Below are positions 17,772 through 27,972 of a stretch of DNA of 64,000 bases, piece by piece. The position numbers and the translations under genes were made by a program. A model generated the notes under the pieces. That model had not been told where the DNA came from. It saw only the letters and a program-made list of their open reading frames with translations, and made no database searches. The DNA is taken from NCBI GenBank assembly GCA_040383345.1, contig JBEIDU010000003.1:8336-72335 (forward strand), in the 5' to 3' direction. Source of the stretch: Chitinophagales bacterium. Lineage in GTDB: Bacteria > Bacteroidota > Bacteroidia > Chitinophagales > JADJOU01. Each line of letters begins with the position of its first letter. Position 1 is the first letter of the stretch.

Positions 17772-19316
17772 ATGAAGGTTAATTCAATTATTTTAGCAGG
17801 TGCCATGATGGTTTCACAGGCTATGTTTGCTCAAGTAGCAAAGGGGTATCAATACTTAAATGATTTGAGATGGGTGAGTGCCGAAAAGGCTTTTGAGACA
17901 TCGCAGGAAGAAGAAGCAAAATTCTACAAAGGATTTGCACAATTCAAACAAGAAGAATTTGACAAAGCCAAAACGTCTTTTGATGCCAATGCTGCAAGTG
18001 CTTTTGGTATGATAGGACAAGGAATGATGGCATTGCAAGCAGGCGATATTGCCAAAGCAGATGGCTTATTTGAAAATGCTGCTAAAACATCCAAAAATAA
18101 AGACCCAAAAGTTTTTATAGCTATAAGTCAAGCTTTTGTTCATTCTAATATTGATAAAAAAGATAAAGCAATAGAATGGGCAAAAAAAGCGGTGGACATG
18201 GGTCCAAGAAACTTTGATTTTCGTATAGCCTATGGCGATGCATTCTTGTCTACACAAGATGGAGGGCAGGCTATTACTCAATATGAATATGCTGCAGAAA
18301 TAGATAAAACAAGTGCGCTTCCCAATGCAAAAATAGGAAGAGTGTATTACAATTCCAGAACCTATGATTTGTCAAAAGAATATTTAGACAAAGCCTTAGG
18401 TATGGACGCAAACAATCTTTTTGCACTCAATTATGTAGCTCAATTGCAATATAAATACAAAAAGTATGAAGAAGCAAAAGCTACCCAACAAAAAATATTG
18501 GATTTGGGCGATAAAAACCCTGATGATATGGCTATGATGGCAAATATTTTATTCTTAGGAAAAGATTATAAAGGGGCTATCGATATTATCAATACCATTA
18601 TTCAATCTAATAATAAATACAATTATTTGAATCGTTTGATTGGGTATTCTTATTTTGAAGAAGGTCAAGCAAAACAAGCAAATGATTTTATGGAAAAATT
18701 CATCGCTTCTCAGCCAAAAGATAAGATTATTGCATCGGATTACGAATATATAGGTAAGTCATATTTGGGTATAGGAGATACCGCCAAGGCGGTAGAGGCT
18801 ATGAAACAGAGTGTGGACTTATTCCCAGAGGATAAAGATGCCATGCGATCTGTGGCTGATTTGTTTAAAAAAATGAAGCGAAATCAAGATGCACTGGAGC
18901 TTTATAAAAAACTTGCGGCCATGCCCGATGCTGTTGTCTCTGATCTTTTGAAATTGGCTAATATTTATTTCTATCAATTGAGAGATTTTGACAATGCGGA
19001 TGCAGTATATACTAAAATTATAGAATTATCGCCCAACCAAGTAGATGTATATTTCAATAAGGCTAAGATTAAACTCTTTAAAGATCCGAATCAAGAGACT
19101 TCTTCTGCAAAAGAAGACTTTACAAAGTATCTTGAGATGACAAAAGGAAAAGAGGAAAAATATAAAAAAAATGTAGTCGAAGCTAAAATCTATATGGCAA
19201 AAGATGCTATCAAAAATATGAATGACAAAGCCTTGGCAAAATCATATTTAGACGGAGTATTGCTATTGGATCCAGCTCACGTAGAAGCTACTGATTTGAT
19301 GAAATTTACAAACTAG
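17772..19316 (+). CDS. tetratricopeptide-repeat protein, secreted
   Basis: 514 aa. Signal peptide MKVNSIILAGAMMVSQAMFAQ, followed by repeated A/Y/L-patterned 34-aa TPR-like units throughout. Confidence 0.85.
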   Translation: MKVNSIILAGAMMVSQAMFAQVAKGYQYLNDLRWVSAEKAFETSQEEEAKFYKGFAQFKQEEFDKAKTSFDANAASAFGMIGQGMMALQAGDIAKADGLFENAAKTSKNKDPKVFIAISQAFVHSNIDKKDKAIEWAKKAVDMGPRNFDFRIAYGDAFLSTQDGGQAITQYEYAAEIDKTSALPNAKIGRVYYNSRTYDLSKEYLDKALGMDANNLFALNYVAQLQYKYKKYEEAKATQQKILDLGDKNPDDMAMMANILFLGKDYKGAIDIINTIIQSNNKYNYLNRLIGYSYFEEGQAKQANDFMEKFIASQPKDKIIASDYEYIGKSYLGIGDTAKAVEAMKQSVDLFPEDKDAMRSVADLFKKMKRNQDALELYKKLAAMPDAVVSDLLKLANIYFYQLRDFDNADAVYTKIIELSPNQVDVYFNKAKIKLFKDPNQETSSAKEDFTKYLEMTKGKEEKYKKNVVEAKIYMAKDAIKNMNDKALAKSYLDGVLLLDPAHVEATDLMKFTN

Positions 19317-19336
19317 AATTAGTCTTATAAAATAAT

Positions 19337-19376
19337 AAAAAGCGACTCTCAATTATTTGGGAAGTCGCTTTTTATT
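19337..19376 (+). terminator. intrinsic terminator after the TPR gene
   Basis: Stem aaaagcgact (19338-19347) / agtcgctttt (19363-19372). It is extendable through a bulge and is followed by a T-rich run. Confidence 0.65.
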
Positions 19377-19399
19377 TGTCCCAATGAAGCTATTTTTCA

Positions 19400-19407
19400 T
19401 AAGTTTG
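19400..19407 (+). promoter_or_regulatory. -7 promoter box for the TDH-like gene
   Basis: TAAGTTTG, 17 nt upstream of ATG 19425. A TTTG at 19375-19378 lies 21 nt upstream and fits the -33 element. Confidence 0.6.
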
Positions 19408-19424
19408 CAATCTAAATAAAGACC

Positions 19425-20360
19425 ATGACTGGAAAAAATATTTTGATAATTGGCGCAGGAGGGCAAATTGGAACGGTATTGTTGGCAAAATTGCGCGAAG
19501 AATATGGCGTGGATAGTGTTTTTGCTACCGATTTGAAAGCCAATGACGCATTATCGATTCAATCTTTGGATGTAATGGACAAAGAGGCCTTGCAGAACGT
19601 AGTAAAATCTCAAAATATAAAAGTAATTTTTCATCTAGCGGCTATTCTTTCGGCTCGTGGTGAACAAAATCCAAAATGGGCTTGGGATGTGAATATGGGT
19701 GGACTTTTTAATGTCTTGGAAACCAGCAAAGAATTTGGCGTAGAAAAGGTGTTTTACCCGAGTACTATTGCCGTTTTTGGGGAAGAAATTCCTTTGACCG
19801 ATACGCCCAATCATGTGCCTTTGATTCCCGCTACTGTGTATGGAATTAGCAAAGTCGCTGGCGAATTGTGGACCAAATATTATTTTGATAAATATGGACT
19901 CGACGTTCGTTCGGTTCGTTATCCTGGGGTAATAGGCTATCAAAGTCTTCCTGGTGGAGGCACTACAGACTATGCGGTAGATATTTTTCATTCGGATGCC
20001 AAAAAAGAAGTGTTTAAGTGTTTCTTAAAACCCGAAACTACACTTCCTATGATTTTTATGGATGATTGTATACGAGCTACAATTGACCTTATGAAAGCGC
20101 CAAAAGAAGCTATCAAATGCCGCACAAGCTACAATATTGCAGGAATAAGTTTTTCCCCTGAAGAAATAGCTGCTGAAATCAAACGTCAAAATCCAGATTT
20201 CAACATCGTATATGAACCTGATTTTCGTCAACAAATAGCGGAAAGCTGGCCTCAAAGTATAGACGATAGCCTCGCAAGAAAAGACTGGAATTGGTCTCCA
20301 AAATACAACTTGCAAGATATTGTTCGTATTATGAGAGAAGAAATAGCTAAATTATATTAA
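19425..20360 (+). CDS. NAD-dependent epimerase/dehydratase-fold enzyme, L-threonine 3-dehydrogenase-like
   Basis: 311 aa. Rossmann motif ILIIGAGGQIGTVL and an extended-SDR catalytic YGISK. The overall pattern matches the short UDP-glucose-4-epimerase-like TDH family. The subfamily call is from memory. Confidence 0.75.
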   Translation: MTGKNILIIGAGGQIGTVLLAKLREEYGVDSVFATDLKANDALSIQSLDVMDKEALQNVVKSQNIKVIFHLAAILSARGEQNPKWAWDVNMGGLFNVLETSKEFGVEKVFYPSTIAVFGEEIPLTDTPNHVPLIPATVYGISKVAGELWTKYYFDKYGLDVRSVRYPGVIGYQSLPGGGTTDYAVDIFHSDAKKEVFKCFLKPETTLPMIFMDDCIRATIDLMKAPKEAIKCRTSYNIAGISFSPEEIAAEIKRQNPDFNIVYEPDFRQQIAESWPQSIDDSLARKDWNWSPKYNLQDIVRIMREEIAKLY

Positions 20361-20383
20361 TTTGAATATTAACGGATTAGATA

Positions 20384-20893
20384 CTATCTAATTCTTCCAT
20401 AAAAAGCAATTCTAGGTTTATAATATTTATCTTCTAGAGAACTTATAATTACCCCTTTTGATGAACTGGCATGTACAAATTTATCTTTGGATAAGTAGAT
20501 CCCTACATGCGAAATTTTACCATTTTGAGCTATTGAAAAAAAGACTAAGTCTCCTTCTTCCAGTTGATCAAAGTCAATTTTTTTAGCTTTTTCGGCTAGT
20601 TTGTTTGATGGTGTGTAAAAATCGGTGGGTATATATTCCAAAACTCGTAGTATTTCACAGGTAAAATGACTACAATCTATACCACTTTTTGAATTGCCAT
20701 TATATTGATAAGGTGTGTTGAGCCATGCTGTAACAGCTTTTTTTAGCGTACTATTTTTAATGATAATTCCTAAATCATTATTTTTACCTCGATTAAAAGA
20801 AGCATTAGGTTTTTTAGTTGCTGTCTTTCTATTCCCACAGGAGAGTGAAAAAAGGAGAATAATAATAAGTATTCTAAAAACAGGCATTTGCAT
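20384..20893 (-). CDS. NlpC/P60 (C40) peptidoglycan peptidase lipoprotein
   Basis: 169 aa with lipobox LFSLSC. The catalytic Cys lies in GIDCSHFTC and the His in ISHVGIYL. Confidence 0.85.
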   Translation of the reverse strand: MQMPVFRILIIILLFSLSCGNRKTATKKPNASFNRGKNNDLGIIIKNSTLKKAVTAWLNTPYQYNGNSKSGIDCSHFTCEILRVLEYIPTDFYTPSNKLAEKAKKIDFDQLEEGDLVFFSIAQNGKISHVGIYLSKDKFVHASSSKGVIISSLEDKYYKPRIAFYGRIR

Positions 20894-20912
20894 ACCTGCA
20901 AATAAACAAAAT

Positions 20913-22052
20913 TTATTTGACAGTTTCGTTATGCAGCTCTACAATTTTTTCAACAGCGTAGTCTATTTCGTCCATTTTATTAAATTTACTAAAGCTAAAA
21001 CGAATTGCTTTTCGTTCTTTGGGATAATTGAGTGCTTCTAATACATGTGAACCTTTGTTGGCGCCGCTACTACAGGCGCTTCCACTGCTGCACGCTATCC
21101 CTTTCATATCTAGCTGAAATGTAAGCATGTCATTGCTCATGATTTCGGGAAATCCTACCGTGAGGACAGTATATAGACTATTGTCAAGATTGGTAATTAT
21201 TTCAATATCTGGAATAGCTGCAATCAACTTTTCAGCCATAGATTTTCGTATATTATTTACATACATTTCGTCCTCTGCTATGTTTTTTACAGCATGTTCC
21301 AGAGCTACTGCCATCCCTATAATAGAAGCCATATTTTCCGTTCCGCTTCTCATCCCTCTTTCTTGTGAACCTCCAGAGATAAATGGTTTTAGGCAGTTTG
21401 GATTTTTTATATAAAGAAATCCTACACCTTTTGGACCATGAAATTTATGTGCCGAAGCCGCTACAAAATCAATATCTAAGTTTTCCATATCTAATGGCAA
21501 ATGTCCCATGGTTTGTACCATATCGCTATGAACAAAAGCGTTATATTTTTTTGATATTTTACAGATTGTGTTGATGTCATTAAGCGCACCTACTTCATTA
21601 TTTGCATGCATAACAGAAACTAAAGTTTTTCTGTTACTGGAAGTAAGTAATTTTTCCAATTCATCAATTTTTATAGAGCCAAATTTATCAATAGATAAAT
21701 ATACAATTTCTATGTCATTTGCTACTTCTTTGATGGTAGCATGGATAGAAGGATGTTCTATGGGAGAAACAAGAATTCGTTCAATTTGAAGACTTTGAAA
21801 TGCATTTTTAAGCACAGAATTATTGCTTTCGGTGCCACAAGAAGTGAAACATATCTGACTGGGTTTTGCATGAATAGCAGTAGCTATTTTTCGTCGAGCC
21901 TCTTCCAATTGTCCTTTGGCTTCTCTCCCAAAATGGTGAGAAGAGCTAGGATTTCCGTAGGTTTGTTTTAGATTCTTAACCATTGATTCTATTACTTCTT
22001 CACTTACAGGTGTTGTAGCAGCATTATCTAAATATACCTTTCTCATTTTCAT
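20913..22052 (-). CDS. cysteine desulfurase (class V aminotransferase, NifS/IscS-like)
   Basis: MKMRKVYLDNAATTP..., PLP-lysine block SAHKFHGPKG and active-site loop SSGSACSS. The ORF-track start (GTG 22076) lies inside the gene's own -7 box (22076-22083), so ATG 22052 or 22046 is preferred. Confidence 0.88.
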   Translation of the reverse strand: MKMRKVYLDNAATTPVSEEVIESMVKNLKQTYGNPSSSHHFGREAKGQLEEARRKIATAIHAKPSQICFTSCGTESNNSVLKNAFQSLQIERILVSPIEHPSIHATIKEVANDIEIVYLSIDKFGSIKIDELEKLLTSSNRKTLVSVMHANNEVGALNDINTICKISKKYNAFVHSDMVQTMGHLPLDMENLDIDFVAASAHKFHGPKGVGFLYIKNPNCLKPFISGGSQERGMRSGTENMASIIGMAVALEHAVKNIAEDEMYVNNIRKSMAEKLIAAIPDIEIITNLDNSLYTVLTVGFPEIMSNDMLTFQLDMKGIACSSGSACSSGANKGSHVLEALNYPKERKAIRFSFSKFNKMDEIDYAVEKIVELHNETVK

Positions 22053-22075
22053 TTTTGTTAAGAAATTATAAATCA

Positions 22076-22083
22076 CAAAATTA
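22076..22083 (-). promoter_or_regulatory. -7 promoter box for the cysteine desulfurase-NlpC/P60 unit
   Basis: Plus-strand caaaatta is TAATTTTG on the minus strand. It overlaps the ORF-track GTG start, which argues for the ATG at 22052 or 22046. Confidence 0.5.
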
Positions 22084-22119
22084 AGCTAAGCAAATCAAAA
22101 GATATTAGTTTTTTTTTAT

Positions 22120-22127
22120 TACCTTTG
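22120..22127 (+). promoter_or_regulatory. -7 promoter box for the DUF6089-fumC unit
   Basis: TACCTTTG, 30 nt upstream of ATG 22158. Confidence 0.55.
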
Positions 22128-22157
22128 TAAAATATTATTTAAAAAATTTCATATTAT

Positions 22158-23048
22158 ATGAAAAAATTATTATTTTTATTTTTATTAGTTTTTTTCGATG
22201 TGAGCTTATTCTCGCAGAGTCATGAATTTTCATTAGGGGTTGGTTCTTCTTCATATTATGGGGATTTAGGGGTTTCAAATAACCAATTTCTTCAGCCTTT
22301 TTCAGAGTTTAATACAGGAAATATAAAGATGTCATACACTGCGGGGTATCGCTATAATTTCCCTCAATATTTTAGTATTGGATTGAATTTAAGTATGATG
22401 TATTTAAGTGCATATGATTCTGATAATGATATGAATGGCGATAATTTATATAGAAAAATGCGAAATTTGAGCTTTCATACAGATATTTATGAGGCTTCAA
22501 TTACGGCCAATTTTGAGCCATTGCGAAATGATTTTAGATGGAATGAAGATAATTGGTTTATATCGCCATATATTGGAGCAGGAATTGGTGTATTTACATT
22601 TAATCCAAAAACATCTTATAAAGGGCAAGAAGTAGAACTTCAACCATTGGGGACGGAAGGACAAGGATTGCCTGGAGGAAAAGCAAAATATGGATTGACT
22701 CAAATGAATATGCCGTTGACGTTGGGGGTAAAATTCTATAATCCTGCTCGTACATTTTCTGTGGCTTTAGATGCAACATATAGATATACATACACAGATT
22801 ATATAGACGATGTAAGTTCAGTTTATACCAATCCATCGGGTTTTGGGCTATACCCAGTAAGTCAGGCAATCTTAGCAAATGCAATTCACGATAGAGCGTA
22901 TGAAAATTTCCCTGGAGTTGTTTTTGGGCCAGGACAGCAAAGAGGCAATGCTAAAGATAATGATACTTATATGTCGCTCCAAGTTAAATTTTCTTATTAC
23001 TTTTTAGGAGGAATTCGAAAAGATTACAATTGTTACAGAATCAAATAA
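22158..23048 (+). CDS. outer-membrane beta-barrel protein (DUF6089-like)
   Basis: 296 aa. Signal peptide, SYYGDLG near the N-terminus, alternating aromatic/polar beta-strand pattern, and a C-terminal ...VKFSYYF strand. Confidence 0.6.
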   Translation: MKKLLFLFLLVFFDVSLFSQSHEFSLGVGSSSYYGDLGVSNNQFLQPFSEFNTGNIKMSYTAGYRYNFPQYFSIGLNLSMMYLSAYDSDNDMNGDNLYRKMRNLSFHTDIYEASITANFEPLRNDFRWNEDNWFISPYIGAGIGVFTFNPKTSYKGQEVELQPLGTEGQGLPGGKAKYGLTQMNMPLTLGVKFYNPARTFSVALDATYRYTYTDYIDDVSSVYTNPSGFGLYPVSQAILANAIHDRAYENFPGVVFGPGQQRGNAKDNDTYMSLQVKFSYYFLGGIRKDYNCYRIK

Positions 23049-23067
23049 TTTTTAATTTTTAAAAACA

Positions 23068-24459
23068 ATGACAAACTATAGAATAGAAAAAGATACTATG
23101 GGAGAAGTTAAAGTTCCTGTAGACAAGTTTTATGGTGCTCAGACACAACGTTCCATAGAAAACTTTGAAATAGCTCAAGATATTTCAAGAATGCCGAAAG
23201 AAATTATTAGTGCGTTTGCAATATTAAAAAAAGCAGCAGCAAAAACTAATTTTGAGTTGGGCGTTTTAAATGAGGAGAAAAAAGAATTGATAGCACAAGT
23301 TTGTGATGAAATTCTTGAAGGAAAATGGGATAATGAGTTTCCATTGGTTGTATGGCAAACGGGTTCGGGCACACAATCTAATATGAATGTGAACGAAGTA
23401 ATTGCATACAGAGGCCATGTAATAAAAGGTGGAAGCCTTGAAGATAAAGAGAAATTCTTACATCCTAATAATGATGTGAATATGAGTCAAAGTAGCAATG
23501 ATACTTTCCCTACCGCTATGCATATTGCAGCATATAAAACTATTGTAGAAACTACATTGCCTGGGTTAAGAACGTTACAAATGACATTGGACTACAAATC
23601 AAAGGAATTCAATGATGTTGTAAAAATTGGTAGAACTCATTTTATGGATGCTACTCCATTAACGCTTGGACAAGAGTTTAGTGGATATGCCTCACAATTA
23701 CATTATGGTATAAAAGCCTTGGAAAATACTCTGGCACATTTATCGGAGTTAGCACTTGGAGGTACTGCTGTAGGAACTGGCTTGAATACTCCAAAAGGAT
23801 ATTCGGATTTAGTTGCTAAAAATATATCAATTGAAACGAATCTACCTTTTGTAACTGCACCAAACAAATTTGAAGCACTTGCTGCTCACGATGCTGTTGT
23901 AGAAGCACATGGGGCATTGAAAACTATAGCAGTTTCATTGATGAAAATTGCAAATGATATCCGTATGCTTTCTTCTGGACCAAGAGCAGGCATTGGAGAA
24001 ATTTTTATTCCGGACAATGAACCAGGCTCATCTATTATGCCTGGCAAGGTAAATCCTACACAATGTGAAGCATTGACGATGATTTGTGCACAAGTTCTAG
24101 GAAATGATGTTGCAATAAATATTGGTGGGATGAGTGGACATTTTGAATTAAATGTTTTCAAGCCGATGATGATTTCTAATTTTATTCAATCGGCAAGATT
24201 GCTTGGAGATGGGGCGGTTTCATTTAATAATAAATGTGCAATAGGGATACAGCCTATCATGGAAAATATTAATAAAAATGTAAATAATTCATTGATGTTG
24301 GTAACAGCATTAAATACAAAAATTGGATATTATAAAGCTGCTGAAATTGCTCAGAAAGCGCATAAAGAAGGAACTACTTTGAAAGAATCAGCATTAGCAC
24401 TTGGATATGTTACGTCTGAAGAATTTGATCAATGGGTTATTCCTAGCGACATGATATAA
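23068..24459 (+). CDS. fumC: class II fumarate hydratase
   Basis: 463 aa. Lyase_1 signature [15 protein letters not shown], plus [12 protein letters not shown] and SSNDTFPT. Confidence 0.97.
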   Translation: MTNYRIEKDTMGEVKVPVDKFYGAQTQRSIENFEIAQDISRMPKEIISAFAILKKAAAKTNFELGVLNEEKKELIAQVCDEILEGKWDNEFPLVVWQTGSGTQSNMNVNEVIAYRGHVIKGGSLEDKEKFLHPNNDVNMSQSSNDTFPTAMHIAAYKTIVETTLPGLRTLQMTLDYKSKEFNDVVKIGRTHFMDATPLTLGQEFSGYASQLHYGIKALENTLAHLSELALGGTAVGTGLNTPKGYSDLVAKNISIETNLPFVTAPNKFEALAAHDAVVEAHGALKTIAVSLMKIANDIRMLSSGPRAGIGEIFIPDNEPGSSIMPGKVNPTQCEALTMICAQVLGNDVAINIGGMSGHFELNVFKPMMISNFIQSARLLGDGAVSFNNKCAIGIQPIMENINKNVNNSLMLVTALNTKIGYYKAAEIAQKAHKEGTTLKESALALGYVTSEEFDQWVIPSDMI

Positions 24460-24488
24460 GATTTAATTCTTTAAATTAAATATAAAGG

Positions 24489-24527
24489 CAAGGCGTGTAT
24501 TTTAATAGTATACGCCTTGTTTTTTTT
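24489..24527 (+). terminator. intrinsic terminator after fumC
   Basis: Stem caaggcgtgtat (24489-24500) / gtatacgccttg (24508-24519); it includes G-U pairs near the loop. A T8 run follows at 24520-24527. Confidence 0.8.
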
Positions 24528-24589
24528 AAAATCATTAAGCGTTTTATACTATATCAAATTATTTAAAAAAATATTTATGACATTTTGTC

Positions 24590-24597
24590 TAGATTTG
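24590..24597 (+). promoter_or_regulatory. -7 promoter box for grpE-dnaJ
   Basis: TAGATTTG, 57 nt upstream of ATG 24655 and downstream of the fumC terminator. Confidence 0.5.
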
Positions 24598-24654
24598 CAA
24601 TTTGGAGTGGAATTTGAAATAATAGAATAAATAATTTAAAATAATTACAATTTT

Positions 24655-25182
24655 ATGGAGGAAAAAGATTTGCCTATTCAAGAAGAGCTACAATCAAATC
24701 AAAAAGAAAATTGCGAGGAAAACGAACAAGTCAATATAGAAAATCCTCTTGAAAATCAATTAAATGAACAGAAAGACAAATTTTTGCGACTTTTTGCTGA
24801 ATTTGATAATTATAAAAAAAGAGTAGCTAAAGAGCGTCTTGAGTTATTTGCCACAGCAGGTAAAGATATAATTATTGAATTTTTGCCAATTATAGATGAT
24901 TTTGAAAGGGCTATTAAAAGTAATGAAAACTCGGAAGATTTGTCAGCGATAAAAGAAGGAATGTTGTTGATTTATGACAAAATGTTAAAGTCTTTTGAAC
25001 GCAAGGGTGTCAAAAAAGTTATAGCAAAAGGAGAACGATTTGATGCAGATATGCATGAGGCCATTACGGAAATTCCTGTAATAGATGAATCTCAAAAAGG
25101 TCTTGTAATAGATGAAATAGAAAGTGGCTACATGCTTAATGATAAAATGATTCGTTTTTCAAAAGTTGTGGTAGGAAAGTAA
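24655..25182 (+). CDS. grpE: nucleotide exchange factor GrpE
   Basis: 175 aa. An acidic N-terminus is followed by FLRLFAEFDNYKKR and the C-terminal beta-domain motif GYMLNDKMIRFSKV. Confidence 0.95.
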   Translation: MEEKDLPIQEELQSNQKENCEENEQVNIENPLENQLNEQKDKFLRLFAEFDNYKKRVAKERLELFATAGKDIIIEFLPIIDDFERAIKSNENSEDLSAIKEGMLLIYDKMLKSFERKGVKKVIAKGERFDADMHEAITEIPVIDESQKGLVIDEIESGYMLNDKMIRFSKVVVGK

Positions 25183-25203
25183 TAAGAAATTTAGAATAAA
25201 ATC

Positions 25204-26376
25204 ATGTCAAAAAAAGATTTTTACGAAATATTAGGAGTTAGTAAATCCGCATCAGAAAAGGAAATTAAAGATGCATATAGAAAATTAGCTATTAAGTATC
25301 ATCCCGATAGAAATCCTGATAATCCAGAAGCCGAAGCTAAATTCAAAGAAGCCGCGGAAGCATATGAGATTTTGGGAAATGCCGAAAAACGTCAAAAATA
25401 TGACCAGTATGGTCATCAAGCATTTGATGGAGGAGGCTTTGGTGGTTTTAGTGGTGGAGGTATGAATATGGAGGATATTTTCAGAAACTTTGGAGATATT
25501 TTTGGCTCGGATGGAGGAAGTCCTTTTGATACCTTTTTTGGAGGCGGAAGTGGTCGTGGTGGTGGACGAAGTAGGGGTAATAGGGGCTCTAGTATTCGTG
25601 TAACCGTAAGAGTAACCTTGGAAGATGTAACGAATGGCGTAACTAAAAAAATAAGTGTTCAAAAAAAATCAAAATGTAAAACATGCAGCGGTTCAGGTGC
25701 TGACAATGTCCCAAATGCAAAAGAATCTTGCAAAAAATGTAATGGACAAGGCGTTACATATCGCGTCCAAAATACGTTTTTAGGAAGTTTTCAAACCCAA
25801 ACGACATGTTCTACCTGTAATGGAGAAGGCGAAGTAATATTAAAACCTTGCAAAACCTGCAATGGTAAATCTGTAGTAACGGATAAAGAAACTATAGAAA
25901 TAAAAATCCCAGCGGGTGTGGAAGAAGGTATGAGCTTGAGCATGAGAGGTATGGGTAATGAGGGGGAATTTGGAGCGCCAAATGGTGATTTGATTATAGC
26001 AATTCAAGAAGAACCAAGTGAAATTTTTGTTCGCGATGGGAATCATATAGTTTATAATTTATATTTAAATTTTGCTCAATTAGCTTTGGGTGATTCTGTA
26101 GAAGTGCCTACTGTGGGAGGAAAAGTTAAAATGACCATTAAAGAAGGCACCCAAGCAGGTAAAGTTCTCAAACTTTCTGGGAAAGGAATTCCAGATGTTA
26201 ATGGTTATGGTCGTGGTGATCAACTGATTATTGTCAATTGTTATACCCCTGAAAAACTAACTGCAGAAGAAAAACAGTTGCTCGAAAAGATAAAAAACGC
26301 CTCTAACTTTTCACCTGAAGGAAAATCTAGAGATAAACATGGTTTCTTTGGTAAAGTAAAAGATTTGTTTAGTTAA
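25204..26376 (+). CDS. dnaJ: molecular chaperone DnaJ
   Basis: 390 aa. J domain (DFYEILGV...YHPDRN), a Gly/Phe-rich linker and four CxxCxGxG zinc-finger repeats ([32 protein letters not shown]). Confidence 0.97.
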   Translation: MSKKDFYEILGVSKSASEKEIKDAYRKLAIKYHPDRNPDNPEAEAKFKEAAEAYEILGNAEKRQKYDQYGHQAFDGGGFGGFSGGGMNMEDIFRNFGDIFGSDGGSPFDTFFGGGSGRGGGRSRGNRGSSIRVTVRVTLEDVTNGVTKKISVQKKSKCKTCSGSGADNVPNAKESCKKCNGQGVTYRVQNTFLGSFQTQTTCSTCNGEGEVILKPCKTCNGKSVVTDKETIEIKIPAGVEEGMSLSMRGMGNEGEFGAPNGDLIIAIQEEPSEIFVRDGNHIVYNLYLNFAQLALGDSVEVPTVGGKVKMTIKEGTQAGKVLKLSGKGIPDVNGYGRGDQLIIVNCYTPEKLTAEEKQLLEKIKNASNFSPEGKSRDKHGFFGKVKDLFS

Positions 26377-26389
26377 AAAATAAAGGAAT

Positions 26390-26746
26390 TTGATCAATAT
26401 TATCACAATTGAAAGTATAGAAAAAGAGGTTGAAAAATTAAATGAAGAACTTCTCAATTATAGAAGTTTGGTTATAGATAACCAAATTTCTAATTATCCT
26501 ATATTTTTATTTCAAAAAGACTCGGAATCTCCTATAGGAAAGAAAATAATAGATCAGTCAAAAACTAACTTTGAATGGAATATATTTTTGACCCATCTGG
26601 AAGAATTATATCACAAAAAAATTGTTGAAGTAGATAAAATAGATGATTTCAAAATTCAATTCAAAGATAAAAGTGATAAATATTGTATCCTTTTTGTCTC
26701 AAGTATTGAAGAGATGGGATTTTTATATTGTCCTATATTATACTAA
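26390..26746 (+). CDS. hypothetical protein
   Basis: 118 aa with a TTG start 13 nt after the dnaJ stop. No recognisable motif and no signal peptide. Confidence 0.45.
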   Translation: MINIITIESIEKEVEKLNEELLNYRSLVIDNQISNYPIFLFQKDSESPIGKKIIDQSKTNFEWNIFLTHLEELYHKKIVEVDKIDDFKIQFKDKSDKYCILFVSSIEEMGFLYCPILY

Positions 26747-26756
26747 TTAAATAACT

Positions 26757-27395
26757 ATGCAAGTTAAAAAGTTTACATTCAACCCTTTTCAAGAAAACAC
26801 ATACATTCTTTATGATGAATCTAAAGAATGTATAATTATTGATCCTGGATGTTATTCGAGTGCAGAACAAGATTTGTTGGTTACATTTATTAAATCCAAT
26901 AATTTAATTCCCGTAAAATTAGTAAATACACACTGTCATATCGATCATATTTGTGGCAATAAATTTGTCTCGGATACTTGGAATTTGGGATTAGAAGCTT
27001 CTGTGGAAGATGCATATAATCTTGATTTAAGTGTACAAGCAGGAATTAAATTTGGAGTTCCTATTGCACCTAGTCCTCCAATCATGCATGAATTGAAAGA
27101 AGGGGAATCTATCCGCTTTGGAGAAAATGAATTAGAAATTCTTTTTACCCCGGGACATAGTAAAGGTAGCTTAAGCTTTTATGCAGCGGCTGATCAATTT
27201 GTAATTGCAGGGGATGCTTTATTTCAAATGAGCATTGGTAGAACTGATTTGCCAGGAGGTGATTACAATACATTAATACATTCTATACGTACCCAATTAT
27301 TTACTTTGCCTTTAAATACACTTGTATATTCAGGACATGGCGATGAAACAACTATTGAATTTGAAATAAAAAACAATCCTTTTTTAAATGCGTAA
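26757..27395 (+). CDS. MBL-fold metallo-hydrolase (glyoxalase II-like)
   Basis: 212 aa. Metal-binding motif HCHIDH, plus TPGHSKGS and GDALF. Confidence 0.9.
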   Translation: MQVKKFTFNPFQENTYILYDESKECIIIDPGCYSSAEQDLLVTFIKSNNLIPVKLVNTHCHIDHICGNKFVSDTWNLGLEASVEDAYNLDLSVQAGIKFGVPIAPSPPIMHELKEGESIRFGENELEILFTPGHSKGSLSFYAAADQFVIAGDALFQMSIGRTDLPGGDYNTLIHSIRTQLFTLPLNTLVYSGHGDETTIEFEIKNNPFLNA

Positions 27396-27945
27396 AAAAA
27401 TAGTGATTTTTGCTTCAGGGAGTGGTACTAACGCTCAACGAATTTATGAATACTTTAAAGATTCAGATTCAATAGAGGTATGTTTTATAGTTACTAATAA
27501 TAATAATGCTGGTGTTATTGAACGATTTAAAAAAACCAATATTCCTGTTCTGATTATCAATAAAATTATATTACAACAGGATACTTGGCATGCATTGCTT
27601 CAAGATGTAGACTTAATTGTTTTAGCAGGATTTTTGCTTAAAATTCCAGAGAGTTTTGTCCAGAAATTTAAAAACAAAATTATCAATATTCATCCTTCGC
27701 TTTTGCCCAAATATGGAGGCGAGAATATGTATGGTGATAATGTTCATTTTGCGGTTATTGCTAATAAAGAAATTGAATCGGGAATAACAATTCATTATGT
27801 AGACGAAGGTTATGATACAGGGAAAATTATTTTTCAAGCATCTTGTTCTTTGTCCGAAAGCGATACCGTTAGTCTGCTCAAAGAAAAAGTTCATGCATTA
27901 GAGTATGAGCATTTTCCAAGAGTTATTGCTAATCTACTAGCATAA
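27388..27945 (+). CDS. purN: phosphoribosylglycinamide formyltransferase
   Basis: 185 aa. It has FASGSGTNA and the formyltransferase core INIHPSLLPKYGG. It overlaps the upstream gene by 8 nt. Confidence 0.9.
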   Translation: MRKKIVIFASGSGTNAQRIYEYFKDSDSIEVCFIVTNNNNAGVIERFKKTNIPVLIINKIILQQDTWHALLQDVDLIVLAGFLLKIPESFVQKFKNKIINIHPSLLPKYGGENMYGDNVHFAVIANKEIESGITIHYVDEGYDTGKIIFQASCSLSESDTVSLLKEKVHALEYEHFPRVIANLLA

Positions 27946-27972
27946 ATTTTCTTTTAGAAAGAATTTAATTTT

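Noticed and set aside
24520-24654. I searched upstream of grpE-dnaJ for a CIRCE element (TTAGCACTC-N9-GAGTGCTAA) or another heat-shock operator.
   Set aside because: No match or comparable inverted repeat is present. Only a standard TAGATTTG box was found.
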